64,000 bases of DNA from positions 159,774,001 to 159,838,000 of the forward strand of contig OZ024742.1 of assembly GCA_964016885.1 (NCBI GenBank), written 5' to 3'. The notes under the pieces were generated by a model that ran no database searches, was not told the DNA's origin, and was given only the letters and a program-made list of their open reading frames with translations. How positions within the stretch are numbered: the stretch's first letter is position 1; each line of letters begins with the position of its first letter. The position numbers and the translations under genes are program-made. This document shows positions 63,974 to 64,000 of this stretch, piece by piece. The DNA comes from Eledone cirrhosa. Its lineage: Eukaryota.

Positions 63974-64000
<27 letters not shown>

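Overview
This is AT-rich eukaryotic (metazoan) DNA. The tRNA-derived SINE family and the microsatellite load suggest a cephalopod such as an octopus, but that is an inference. Most of the window is (TA)n/(CA)n/(AAT)n microsatellite and transposable elements. These include two Penelope-like (RT + GIY-YIG) elements, four Tx1/L1-clade LINE pieces, three R4/Dong-like RLE retrotransposons with (AAT)n tails, an internally deleted Helitron with both termini, CRE-, RTE- and I/Jockey-type LINE remnants, and many SINEs. Most ORFs in the track are microsatellite or antisense artefacts. One host gene can be reconstructed on the minus strand from four phase-compatible exons (52055-51699, 44200-44025, 43367-43198, 14458-14298). 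It encodes a PAN/Apple-like module followed by an uncharacterised Trp/Cys domain, and its 28.7-kb intron holds a nested TE cluster. The most striking unannotated signal is a dense set of type I hammerhead ribozyme (HHR) motifs read by eye: about 12 unrelated sequence families and about 20 copies, intact or degenerate. They lie downstream of the Penelope ORFs and inside short non-coding, mostly TA-flanked elements that occur as tandem units (a 426-bp retrozyme-like repeat) or as fold-back palindromes (up to a perfect 404-bp palindrome). One family has a non-canonical CAGAAGA core in three copies. All structures were folded manually, with no computation or database search.
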